Below, piece after piece: positions 50,553-59,842 of a stretch of DNA of 64,000 bases (its first letter is position 1; each line of letters opens with the position of its first letter). The notes under the pieces are model-generated. The model made no database searches, was not told where the DNA came from, and saw only the letters and a list, made by a program, of their open reading frames with translations. Both the position numbers and the translations under genes were made by a program. This stretch comes from Pseudomonadota bacterium (lineage in GTDB: Bacteria > Pseudomonadota > Gammaproteobacteria > Pseudomonadales > UBA7434). The DNA is taken from the NCBI GenBank assembly GCA_036344075.1, contig JAYYUJ010000024.1:99614-163613 (forward strand), in the 5' to 3' direction.

Positions 50553-50673
50553 TTTTTCTCTCCACTGGTATTCTTAACCGAGCCATTCTGACGGGTAGAC
50601 AATTAAATTCTGCGGTACTAGAAGTGGTGGTGCTCGCCTAAATGTGAATGACATGGTGCGGTAACATTTCTAG

Positions 50674-50688
50674 GGTAATAAAATTACA
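50674..50688. promoter_or_regulatory. HexR-type operator palindrome 1 (gGTAAT-AAA-ATTACa)
   Basis: GGTAATAAAATTACA lies in the hexR-gap intergenic region, upstream of gap. It resembles the TGTAAT-N3-ATTACA operator described for gammaproteobacterial HexR. Confidence 0.6.
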
Positions 50689-50724
50689 TATATCGGTGTA
50701 CCTGTCCATTTATATAGCTATAAA

Positions 50725-50739
50725 TGTAATAAAATTACG
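50725..50739. promoter_or_regulatory. HexR-type operator palindrome 2 (TGTAAT-AAA-ATTACg)
   Basis: TGTAATAAAATTACG lies 51 bp from site 1. It shares the same 13-bp core GTAATAAAATTAC. Confidence 0.6.
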
Positions 50740-50819
50740 ATAAAAGTTGATTATTTGCTCATTTTCAGTAGTTTATATGTTTTAAGGTGTTCTGAGACGG
50801 CTATTATCGAGTTTAATAA

Positions 50820-51665
50820 CTAATTTTCTTTGGTGGTTTTTGTATTAGAGACGCTGCGTTTAACATCGATTAAATGAGAATAAAACTCATTTCCCATTTT
50901 TAACGCAGTGCCCGCGACAAGAATATCAATCAGTGAAAGCTGAGCGATGCGTGACGTCATCGGCGTATAAGTATCGGTATCCTCATCATTACCAACTTCG
51001 AGTACCTGCTGGCAATATTGTGCTAGCGGTGAGCCTTGACTGGTTAAGCCAAGAATATGAGCGCCGCTCTTAACGGCTAATTCTGCAGCCTCAATAATGA
51101 TACGTGTGCGACCCGTGTAAGAGATAAATACGGCAACATCTTCCTGATTAAGATTAGTTGCAGCAATACGTTGATTAAGCGCATCGACATGGGCGACCAC
51201 CGGTTTCTTAAATCGCATGAATTTATGTTGAGCATCAATGGCAACAGAACCCGATGCGCCGTGACCAAAAAAATAAATCGCACGGGCGGCGGTTAAAGCG
51301 GTGACGGCAGCCGTGATCGAGCTGATATCGCAAACATTTTGTGCCATAGTTAGACTGGCATGGGTAGAGTCAAAAACTTTGCTCACAACTTCGCTTAAGT
51401 TGTCGTCAAAATTGATGGTGCGACTAATCTTACCTCGACCACTGGCTAATTCACCGGCTAATTTAACTTTAAAATCAGGGTAACCTTTACAGCCTAACGC
51501 TCGGCAAAGACGATTGACCGTTGGCTCACTTACTTTAGCGCGTCTTGCTAGTTCAGCAATCGGTAAACTGACAGCGGCTTGCGGATCTTCGAGAATCTTA
51601 ATCGCAACAAAGCGGGCTGTTTTACTGAGTTGATCATGCTGATTTAGTTGGTGTAATAAGCTCAT
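50820..51665 (-). CDS. hexR: RpiR/MurR-family transcriptional regulator, HexR-like (HTH + SIS domain)
   Basis: N-terminal HTH_6 (IAELARRAKVSEPTVNRLCRALGCKGYPDFK) and a SIS domain (IYFFGHGASGSVA). Adjacent to gap and the palindromes above. Confidence 0.7.
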   Translation of the reverse strand: MSLLHQLNQHDQLSKTARFVAIKILEDPQAAVSLPIAELARRAKVSEPTVNRLCRALGCKGYPDFKVKLAGELASGRGKISRTINFDDNLSEVVSKVFDSTHASLTMAQNVCDISSITAAVTALTAARAIYFFGHGASGSVAIDAQHKFMRFKKPVVAHVDALNQRIAATNLNQEDVAVFISYTGRTRIIIEAAELAVKSGAHILGLTSQGSPLAQYCQQVLEVGNDEDTDTYTPMTSRIAQLSLIDILVAGTALKMGNEFYSHLIDVKRSVSNTKTTKEN

Positions 51666-51781
51666 AACGGTTTAATTCCTTAAACGAACCTCTATGCTAA
51701 CCTAAACTTCTTACGGGTACTAGCGCATGATTTGCACTGTTTGCTAGTTCGGTATTGCTTCTAACCAGATGTCAATCTTTG

Positions 51782-53269
51782 CTACTCGGTCCGTGAAAGT
51801 GAATCAATCAAGCCAAGTTGATTGATATGGGCTTGCTTGCCAACTAAATTGCTGGCCAATGACTGAGCGATATGATCGGCATTTACGCTGTAACTGACGC
51901 TTCGCTGACCTTCAGGATACTGGCTGATAATAACCAGTTTTTGTGGTTGGTTTTTTTCAAATAAAACCGTGGCAGCAATAATTTCAACAGTGCCTGCTTT
52001 TGGCTCGATAAGTTCAAGTGCTTGTTGTTGTTCGTTTAGCTCATCAGTCACGTCATCGAAGATAAAGGGATTACGGTAACCGGCTGATGACCAGATGCCG
52101 TAACCTTGTTTGGTAAACATGCCGCTTACGCAACTGGCGATCGCGTAACTGCCTGGATTTTGACGAAGTAGCTGCGCCAATTTAACGGTGGCTTGTAAGC
52201 AGTAATTGTTTAACGGACCGCCGCCATAGGGCATGGCACCTGTAACGGTTAAATCTCTATCTTTAGGAATATTTAAGGCTTGTATATTTAAGTTAACAGC
52301 CGATGGGAAGCAGCTATAAAGATCAATAAAGTCTATCTCTTCAATCGTCAAGCCAGCAATATTTAAGGCACGTTGCCCCGCCATTTCTGCCGCTCTTGAC
52401 TTACCCAAATTTGGCCGCTGTGAAACATTAATAATTTGATTCGATTCAGTGCTAGCTAAGGGAAATATCCACTGTGATTCAGGAATACCGTATTCGCGTG
52501 CCTTGCTTACTGAGCAAAACAACAGGGCACAAGCTTGATCAACATTCCATTGGCTGTTGTGATGCTTTGCATAGGGAAACGCCAGCATGGCATTTTTATC
52601 ACCAGCATTACGAATATTCTCAGCAGTTAATGCGGACTCGGCCCAACCGTCAGGGTTACTAGCAGCGATTTCACTAAAGCGAGCGTAATGCGAGGCAATA
52701 TTGTCGCGATGTTGATCCATGCTAATACCTTGTTGATGACAAATAGCACTTTCGATCAAGGCATAATAACCAACCGGCATACCTAAGCCAGCCTTCGACT
52801 CAATTTCAGACCACAGTTCGGCTTCGGGTTGTAAAAAGGAATCGGGCTGGCTGTTATGTTGCTTTGTCTCGCTGGCTTCGACATTTTGAATCATCGCTTG
52901 TAATTGTCGGTACTTAGCCTCGCCGCCCACAACTAAAGCAACTTCAATATCGCTAGCGGCAATTTTTTTGCAAGCTTGGCCTAAGTTAGTTTGTTGAAGA
53001 ATGCCAAAGTCACAAAATTCGGTAACGGCATCATTTGCGCCTATCGCCTCGGCAATCAATGCCGCTGGATTGGTATACTGCCACATACCCTTGGGCACAC
53101 AAATATGATCGATTTGCTTTGCTATAGTAGGCGCTTGACTATCTTTTAACGCAGCGTTAACCGCATCAATCATTAGGGTGATAGGTTCTTTAGCTTTCGG
53201 AATGTTGATTTGCTTTTGCTGAACGGCGGCGACTGCCACTAAAACAGGTGCATTATTGGGTGGGTTCAT
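51782..53269 (-). CDS. Thiolase-like protein, TLP1 / SCP-x-like type, with an extra ~100-aa C-terminal domain
   Basis: 495 aa with a thiolase-fold pattern (IDFIDLYSCFPSAV, GAMPYGGGPLNNY) and no classical biosynthetic-thiolase Cys-His-Cys spacing that I can verify. The extended C-terminus is as described for TLP1-type proteins. Confidence 0.55.
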   Translation of the reverse strand: MNPPNNAPVLVAVAAVQQKQINIPKAKEPITLMIDAVNAALKDSQAPTIAKQIDHICVPKGMWQYTNPAALIAEAIGANDAVTEFCDFGILQQTNLGQACKKIAASDIEVALVVGGEAKYRQLQAMIQNVEASETKQHNSQPDSFLQPEAELWSEIESKAGLGMPVGYYALIESAICHQQGISMDQHRDNIASHYARFSEIAASNPDGWAESALTAENIRNAGDKNAMLAFPYAKHHNSQWNVDQACALLFCSVSKAREYGIPESQWIFPLASTESNQIINVSQRPNLGKSRAAEMAGQRALNIAGLTIEEIDFIDLYSCFPSAVNLNIQALNIPKDRDLTVTGAMPYGGGPLNNYCLQATVKLAQLLRQNPGSYAIASCVSGMFTKQGYGIWSSAGYRNPFIFDDVTDELNEQQQALELIEPKAGTVEIIAATVLFEKNQPQKLVIISQYPEGQRSVSYSVNADHIAQSLASNLVGKQAHINQLGLIDSLSRTE

Positions 53270-53320
53270 AAATTAATTGCTCATGGTTGTGGCTAAAATA
53301 CATTAACTTTAGATTATGGT

Positions 53321-54925
53321 TTATTGTGTTGGCCAATAACTATCACGAAGCTTTTTTCTTTGCACTTTACCAGCTTGGCTGCGTGGTAGTTCAGAAATAA
53401 AATCAATCGAACGAGGTATTTTTTGTTTAGCTAGATGCTTTGCGGTAAATTCAATGAGTTGCTCAGTCAACTCTGCCGAGGCAATCGTACCGGACTTAAG
53501 CTGTATAACGGCTTTAACTTCTTCGCCCCACTCAACGTTTGGTACGCCTATGCAAGCTGCATCTGCAACTGCATCATGCTTGATAAGAATATTATCAATT
53601 TCTTGAGGGTATATATTAACGCCACCACTGATGATGACCTCGGCGCTTCTTCCGGTTAAAAATAAAAAGCCATCTTCATCAAGATAGCCGATGTCACCGG
53701 CAGTAAAGTAGCCATTTTTGATAGCGCTTTCAGTTTTAGTCGGGTCTTTATAATAATTAAATTGGCTATTGGGTGGGTTGATTAAAAATAACTGGCCAGG
53801 CGTTGATCCTTCAACGGCCTGTCCATCATCATCTAAAATGCGAATTTGATCAGGACCGGGTTTGCCCACCGTGCCGGGCTTAGCAAGCCAATCCTGTGGA
53901 CTGACAATTGTGCCAGGTCCCTCGGTGCCGGCAAACATCTCCCAAATGATCGGGCCAAACCAGTCGAGCATTGCTTGCTTAGTTTCTATTGCGCAAGGTG
54001 CTGCACCATGAATGATAAATTTAAGAGAGCTGACGTCATACTGATCTTTGATAGATTGATCGAGTTTTAGCATTCGAACAAACATGGTTGGAACAAAAAA
54101 TGCGTGCGATATTTTATACTGCTCAATTAGTTTCAGCGTTTCCTCTGGATCCCATTTATCCATTAGCACGATACCTATGCCGGAGGTTAACGGGGTGGTC
54201 ATGCACAAATTAAACGGTCCTGAATGATACATCGGTCCCGGTGTTAATGCTTGGTCGAGTCCGGACTCTGTGTCGAATTGAAAAACGGCCGTTAATATTG
54301 CTTGCATATCTGCTGCTTTTGAGGGGTCAGGTTGTTCGCGGTAAACGCCTTTCGGTTTGCCAGTTGTTCCTGAAGTATAAAGCATGGTGTTTCCTAATAC
54401 TGGCTGACTAATATTGTCAGTATTTTCCTTTTTAAGCGTATTCCACTGATCAAATTTTTCGATCTTACCACCAATGGAAACTTTGACGATAAGCTGCTGA
54501 CTATGTTGTGCCGCAATAATGGCCGCTTGTTTGACTCTAGCGTCAGCAAATAAAGCTTTCGCGTCGCAGTTATCAATAATATAGGCGGCCTCTTCAGGTG
54601 CGAGATGCCAGTTGACAGGCGTTAAGCGAGCCCCTATTCGATGACAGGCAAACCGCACAGCAACAAATTCAATACGGTTGCTGCAAAGCAGTGCAACCGC
54701 GTCGCCTTCAGCAATGCCAGCACGTAATAAACGGTGGGCAATTTGATTGGTGAGTTGGTTGAGTTTCTTAAAGCTGATTTTTTCTGAACCAAAGGTAATG
54801 GCAATTCGATCAGGTGTTAATGCGGCAACAGCGGCAATTTCCATACCCACATGGGCATTGGCTTTCGCTGCTTCAAAGACACCTTTTCCATGATTATCCT
54901 GCAAAGGATTGAACGGTTTTGACAT
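53321..54925 (-). CDS. Acyl-CoA synthetase (AMP-forming, ANL superfamily)
   Basis: LYTSGTTGKPKGV (AMP-binding P-loop), GTEG, YFTAGDIGYLDEDGFLFLTGR, GKVQRKKL. Confidence 0.88.
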   Translation of the reverse strand: MSKPFNPLQDNHGKGVFEAAKANAHVGMEIAAVAALTPDRIAITFGSEKISFKKLNQLTNQIAHRLLRAGIAEGDAVALLCSNRIEFVAVRFACHRIGARLTPVNWHLAPEEAAYIIDNCDAKALFADARVKQAAIIAAQHSQQLIVKVSIGGKIEKFDQWNTLKKENTDNISQPVLGNTMLYTSGTTGKPKGVYREQPDPSKAADMQAILTAVFQFDTESGLDQALTPGPMYHSGPFNLCMTTPLTSGIGIVLMDKWDPEETLKLIEQYKISHAFFVPTMFVRMLKLDQSIKDQYDVSSLKFIIHGAAPCAIETKQAMLDWFGPIIWEMFAGTEGPGTIVSPQDWLAKPGTVGKPGPDQIRILDDDGQAVEGSTPGQLFLINPPNSQFNYYKDPTKTESAIKNGYFTAGDIGYLDEDGFLFLTGRSAEVIISGGVNIYPQEIDNILIKHDAVADAACIGVPNVEWGEEVKAVIQLKSGTIASAELTEQLIEFTAKHLAKQKIPRSIDFISELPRSQAGKVQRKKLRDSYWPTQ

Positions 54926-54954
54926 AAAAATACCTTGAGGCTGAGGTAGCTTTG

Positions 54955-55761
54955 TTACTTGCCTTTAAAATTGGGTTGACGTTTTTCTTTAAATGCTTTG
55001 TTTCCTTCGCGTGCATCTTGCGATAGTGTTGTTAGAGCTGACTGTTCCATTTCATAATGAAACGCATCCTCCCAATTCATGGTATGACTGGCTAATGCTG
55101 TTCTCTTAATAGCCTGCGTTGCAAGTGGGGCGAGAGCAGCTATTTGAGCAGCGGTTTGCTCAGCACGTTGCTGTAATTGATCCGCTGGACAGATTTCGCT
55201 AATTAGCCCAAACTCGAGTGCCTGCTGGGCATTAATGGGCTCACCGCAGAGTAATATTTTCATTGCATGTGCCCAAGGTAGCTGCCTTGCTAGGCGAACC
55301 GTTGATCCACCACCAGGAATTAGCCCAAGTTTAGGCTCGGGCAAGCCAAAAGTGGCATGTTCAGCCGCAATTCTGACATCAGTTGCTTGAAGAATTTCGC
55401 AACCACCGCCCAACGCGCGACCATTAACAGCAGCTAAGATAGGCTTATCAAATGGCGAGTGTTTGAGTAAGGTTTTATCCACTATTTCAGGATCGGCTAA
55501 TAATTTTTCTTCAATTTCATTTTCGGGTTTTTTAGTCCCCATCCAAATAGGGATTACGCTACTTAAGTCGCCACCACAACAAAAGTCAACGTCACCTGCT
55601 GCTGTTAATACCGCCACGCGGATATGATCATCGTCTTTAATTTCTTGCCAAGCTTCAGACAGGTCGACAAATATTTCTGCATTCAAAGTATTTTTAGCCT
55701 CAGGCCGATTCAATGTTAACCATGCGACGTGCTCTTTTTTTTCAAACAATAATGCGGCCAC
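54955..55761 (-). CDS. Enoyl-CoA hydratase/isomerase (crotonase family)
   Basis: VAWLTLNRPEAKN, FCCGGDL, AAVNGRALGGGCEI, and GLPEPKLGLIPGGGST (oxyanion hole and catalytic Glu region). Confidence 0.85.
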   Translation of the reverse strand: MAALLFEKKEHVAWLTLNRPEAKNTLNAEIFVDLSEAWQEIKDDDHIRVAVLTAAGDVDFCCGGDLSSVIPIWMGTKKPENEIEEKLLADPEIVDKTLLKHSPFDKPILAAVNGRALGGGCEILQATDVRIAAEHATFGLPEPKLGLIPGGGSTVRLARQLPWAHAMKILLCGEPINAQQALEFGLISEICPADQLQQRAEQTAAQIAALAPLATQAIKRTALASHTMNWEDAFHYEMEQSALTTLSQDAREGNKAFKEKRQPNFKGK

Positions 55762-55800
55762 GAATGTTTCCTTTTTCAGTATTAGAATCGATTTTTTTGC

Positions 55801-56595
55801 TTAGTCAAAAGCTCCAGGCATTTGCATATTTAAAGCATTTAAGCCACCGTTAACGGCGATCACGTCGCCAGTCAAATAAGCTGAGGCAGGCGAAGCTAAA
55901 TATAGAGCGCAGGCCGATATATCCTCCACTTCACCCAGTCTTGCCATGGGTGTTAAGCGAACCATATTGGTTTCAACTTCTGCCGTTAAAACGCTTTCAA
56001 GTGCTTGTGTTTTAGTTGAGCCAACCCCAATCGCATTGACACGAATCTTAGGTGCAAATTCCTGTGCTAATTCTTTCGTTAAAAAACTTAACGAAGATTT
56101 CGCTACGCCATAGGCTGCAAATTGGGAGCAAGGCTCTTTGCCCGCTACGGAAGAAATATTAATGATAGACCCTTCGCCTGCCGTTTCAACCATTTTGGGA
56201 ATCGCTAGTTGTGAGCAAACAAAAGCACTAGTCACATTAAAGCGAAAGTTACCTTCAAATTCTTTTACCGATGTTTTTAATGTGGGTTTAGGTGGTGTAC
56301 CGCCGCCCGCATTGTTGACTAGAATATCAATTCTGCCAAAGGTCTCAACAGCTGAGTTAATGAGATTTTCGCAGTCCTCAGCAACCATAACATCTAATTT
56401 TACAATTTTTGCTCGGCGCCCCATCGCTTCTATTTCGCTCGCAACGGATTCTAGCTCGCTGATGGTTCTAGCGCCGATAACTACATCTGCGCCTGCTTCG
56501 GCAAAGGCTTTTGCACAGGCAGCCCCAATGCCGCGACCTGCACCGGTTACAACTGCTACTTTTCCATCAAGACGAAATTTATCTAAAATGCTCAT
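55801..56595 (-). CDS. SDR oxidoreductase (FabG / 3-hydroxyacyl-CoA dehydrogenase-like)
   Basis: VAVVTGAGRGIGAACA, NNAG, SSVAG...YGVAKSS (S-Y-K triad). Confidence 0.85.
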   Translation of the reverse strand: MSILDKFRLDGKVAVVTGAGRGIGAACAKAFAEAGADVVIGARTISELESVASEIEAMGRRAKIVKLDVMVAEDCENLINSAVETFGRIDILVNNAGGGTPPKPTLKTSVKEFEGNFRFNVTSAFVCSQLAIPKMVETAGEGSIINISSVAGKEPCSQFAAYGVAKSSLSFLTKELAQEFAPKIRVNAIGVGSTKTQALESVLTAEVETNMVRLTPMARLGEVEDISACALYLASPASAYLTGDVIAVNGGLNALNMQMPGAFD

Positions 56596-56862
56596 ATTTT
56601 AATCCTAAGGTTTTTTTGTTGGATTTATCATTGGCAAACTCAGAGCGAATTATAACTCGACCTGCCGTCAGGGTAGCCATTACAAATCCATTCAGTTCAG
56701 TCTAGCCTATGACCTTTTTATCCACTGAGATCAACGAGAAATGGTTTGTTCAACCCTTTGCTTAGTTTAAGTGGTATCGATAGCGCTTGCGAAGCACCAC
56801 TTTGCCTGTGTTACAATTAACTCTCTTTTATTAACTCGCTGATTTGCGTAAATAATTTACCC

Positions 56863-57972
56863 ATGACGGAATCTTCTTATCAAACTGCTGATATAGGTAA
56901 GTCGCAAGCACTGAAGCTTTGTAGCACAGTTGATGCGTACTCTGGTAGCGCGGAAGATATTGTTAAGCGTCACTTATACGAGCCTGCGCCTCAAGCTTAT
57001 ACAGAGACACAGTACCAGCGTGCCAGTGAAAAGATAAAAGCAATGCTTGAGCGAGAAAATGCCGCCATCATTGCTCATTACTATACCGACCCGCTAATTC
57101 AACGCTTGGCTGAAGAGACCGGTGGCGTGGTTTCTGACTCATTAGAGATGGCGCGATTTGGTGCTAATCATCCGGCCGATAATTTAATTGTCGCAGGGGT
57201 TAAATTTATGGGCGAGACAGCAAAAATTCTTAGCCCAGAGAAAAGAGTATTCATGCCAACCCTAGAGGCCACCTGCTCTCTCGATTTGGGTTGTCCAATT
57301 GAGCCGTTCTCAGCTTTCTGTGATGAGCATCCCGATCGAACGGTTGTGGTGTATGCTAATACTTCGGCAGCAGTAAAAGCGCGCGCCGATTGGGTTGTCA
57401 CTTCAAGCATCGCTTTAGAGGTGGTTGATTTTTTAGATGCAGAGGGCCAAAAGGTCATTTGGGCGCCGGATAAACATCTAGGTGCCTATGTGCAGAAACA
57501 CACAGGTGCCGACATATTGTTATGGGACAGCGCGTGCATTGTGCATGATGAATTTAAAGCGAAGGGTATTCAAGATTTAAAAGCTGTCTATCCTGAAGCT
57601 GCTGTGTTAGCGCATCCAGAATCGCCGGAGTCTGTATTGGCTCTAGCTGATAGTGTTGGTTCCACCACGCAAATTATTCGCGCTGCAGAAAAACTGCCGC
57701 ACGAGAAGTTTATTGTTGCGACTGATCAAGGCATCTTTTATAAATTATCACAATTAGTGCCAGATAAACAGTTCTTAATTGCCCCTACTGGTGGCGCTGG
57801 CGCAAGCTGTAAGAGTTGCGCGAACTGCCCTTGGATGGCAATGAATAATTTAGATAACTTAGCCAGTAGTCTAACACAAGAGGGTAACGAGATATTTGTT
57901 GACTTGCAATTGGCCCAGCAGGCGTTAACACCGTTGCAGCGGATGCTTGACTTTGTGAAGACACAAAATTAA
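56863..57972 (+). CDS. nadA: Quinolinate synthase
   Basis: [32 protein letters not shown] with Cys ligands in [14 protein letters not shown] and CANCPWM. Confidence 0.93.
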   Translation: MTESSYQTADIGKSQALKLCSTVDAYSGSAEDIVKRHLYEPAPQAYTETQYQRASEKIKAMLERENAAIIAHYYTDPLIQRLAEETGGVVSDSLEMARFGANHPADNLIVAGVKFMGETAKILSPEKRVFMPTLEATCSLDLGCPIEPFSAFCDEHPDRTVVVYANTSAAVKARADWVVTSSIALEVVDFLDAEGQKVIWAPDKHLGAYVQKHTGADILLWDSACIVHDEFKAKGIQDLKAVYPEAAVLAHPESPESVLALADSVGSTTQIIRAAEKLPHEKFIVATDQGIFYKLSQLVPDKQFLIAPTGGAGASCKSCANCPWMAMNNLDNLASSLTQEGNEIFVDLQLAQQALTPLQRMLDFVKTQN

Positions 57973-57981
57973 TTCTTTACC

Positions 57982-59520
57982 TTAGAAAGATCCTGCTTGC
58001 TCCTCTAGTTTTCTAATAAACGACAATCGATGTTTTATTTTTGCTGATCGCTGAAAATCTTTTTGGCTTAGGTGTAAAGCCTGCCGGTAATGCATTTTAG
58101 CTTTAGTCAGATTTCCACGTAGAAGAAAAAATTCAGCTCTTGATTGATGTAAGCCGTTTATATTGCCCGCTAGTCCTTGACTTTCTGCCAGCGCGTACCA
58201 GATATCAGCTTGCGCTGGTCTTGTTTTTGCTAAACTGCTTAAGACTTTTTGGGCCTCTGTAGCGTTATTGTTTTTAAGCAAAATCTCGGCTAACTGCATG
58301 CTAATAGCGTAATTGTTAGGTGTAAGATCACTGAGTTCCCGCAGTCGATTTTCAGCAACCTTGGTTTTACCTAAGCCGCTATCAATGGCAATATCTAAGA
58401 GGCTGTAAGTGATTTTTCTCGGTATTTTCTCTAACAGCGGCGCTAAAGTCTTTCTGGCTTTATGCCATTGCTGGTCACGTTGATAAGCGAATGCCAGCCC
58501 ATAGCGTGCTGCTTGAGCATAGAGGGCTTCGGAAGATGAGTTTTGAATCGGTTGTTTGGAATGAAACTTTTCGAGTTGCGATAAGAAATGAGTAATACTA
58601 TTTTTATTCGATGATTGTGCGAGTACATAGGCGCGAGCCTTTATCAGCAAGTAATTCAAATGCAGTTTACTGGCTGAGGAATTGTATTGTCTGGCGCGAT
58701 TTCTGGCATCAGCTATGCGTGATTCAGTAATGGGGTGTGTGAGTAAAAATTCAGGCGTTTTGTTACCATACAGTCGCGATATATTTAGCATTTGCTTGAA
58801 CATTGCTGCTGCCGAGTTAGCCGAGTAGCCTGCATTGACTAAGGTCATCATGCCGATTCGATCAGCCTCTTTTTCATGCATACGGCTGTAGCGTAACTTT
58901 GCATCCAGTGCAGCAGCTTGTGAACCAACAATTGCTGCTTGAGCTGCATCACTTTCGCTGGCAATAGCCAGTGCGATGCCAGCCAGCATGCCGGCGAGTG
59001 TAGTCAGGTTTGTGCCTTTCGCGGCTTCGACGCTACGACTAAAATGGCGCTGTGAAAGATGAGCCAATTCATGGCTGAGTACTGAGGCGAGTTGCCCCTC
59101 TGTCTCGGCGTAAAGTAAAAGGCCGCTGTTAACACCAACTACTCCGCCGGGTACAGCAAATGCATTGATATTTGGATTTTTTACAACCACTAAATGCAGG
59201 TCTTTGTCTTTCAGTTGGCTGTAACTGGCCAATTTAAATAATAGATTTTCTAAGTATTCAAAAATAATCGGATCGGATTCAAGCATCACGCTGCCACGAA
59301 ATGATTTGAGCCAAGCTTGCCCCAGCGCTTTTTCATCTTGGGCTGACATTAGCCCTGCCGAACTGTTTCCTAGTTCAGGTAATACAATCGCTTCATTTGC
59401 TTGGCTATAGACTGACAGTAGCACGATCAGCTTACCGATCAGCTTGAGCGTTTTCTTCAGCAACATTCGATACAAACGAAGGCATTGCGGCAATTGAATC
59501 GACTTTAGTTGGTAAATCAT
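57982..59520 (-). CDS. bepA: M48-family periplasmic metalloprotease with TPR domain (BepA/YfgC-like)
   Basis: HELAHLSQRH (HExxH), EKEADRIG, and C-terminal TPR repeats. Divergent from perM as in E. coli. The true start may be the internal MLLKKTLKL at 59466. Confidence 0.82.
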   Translation of the reverse strand: MIYQLKSIQLPQCLRLYRMLLKKTLKLIGKLIVLLSVYSQANEAIVLPELGNSSAGLMSAQDEKALGQAWLKSFRGSVMLESDPIIFEYLENLLFKLASYSQLKDKDLHLVVVKNPNINAFAVPGGVVGVNSGLLLYAETEGQLASVLSHELAHLSQRHFSRSVEAAKGTNLTTLAGMLAGIALAIASESDAAQAAIVGSQAAALDAKLRYSRMHEKEADRIGMMTLVNAGYSANSAAAMFKQMLNISRLYGNKTPEFLLTHPITESRIADARNRARQYNSSASKLHLNYLLIKARAYVLAQSSNKNSITHFLSQLEKFHSKQPIQNSSSEALYAQAARYGLAFAYQRDQQWHKARKTLAPLLEKIPRKITYSLLDIAIDSGLGKTKVAENRLRELSDLTPNNYAISMQLAEILLKNNNATEAQKVLSSLAKTRPAQADIWYALAESQGLAGNINGLHQSRAEFFLLRGNLTKAKMHYRQALHLSQKDFQRSAKIKHRLSFIRKLEEQAGSF

Positions 59521-59842
59521 TGGTGTAAACCGGTTATCCTCATGAGGTAGTTGCTGTGCCTGCTTTGTGTTGGGGGTATTATTGGCTTAAATATCAATTT
59601 ATATGCGTATTAATTATAAAACTAACCTCTTTCAGTGAGCTTATGTTAGCAAATGATGCAGTATTTACTGGCTATCATATGGTAAAAACCCGTGTTTTGT
59701 TTATACAATTCCACCTCTCAGGTTTTTTTTGAATGGTTTGTTGATAGTTTAGAGTGCAATATGCAGCTTTGTTCCCTCTTAACCCTATTAATACTAGATT
59801 ATAGCTGTATCAATATTCCGTTCACCAAGGATAAATAATGTT

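Noticed and set aside
56138-56602. 154-aa plus-strand ORF (and the 64-aa ORF at 56511-56705) overlapping the SDR gene
   Set aside because: It lies fully antisense to a well-supported SDR CDS. The translation is low-complexity (Ala/Pro/Ser/Thr-rich) with no motif, which is typical of a shadow ORF opposite a real gene.
56596-56862. Search for an attR-like direct repeat of the tRNA-Lys 3' end at the nadA-proximal border of the variable segment
   Set aside because: Only scattered short resemblances (GGTTTGTTCAACCC, AGCACCAC) are present, separated by about 40 nt. There is no contiguous repeat, so no island boundary can be claimed by eye.
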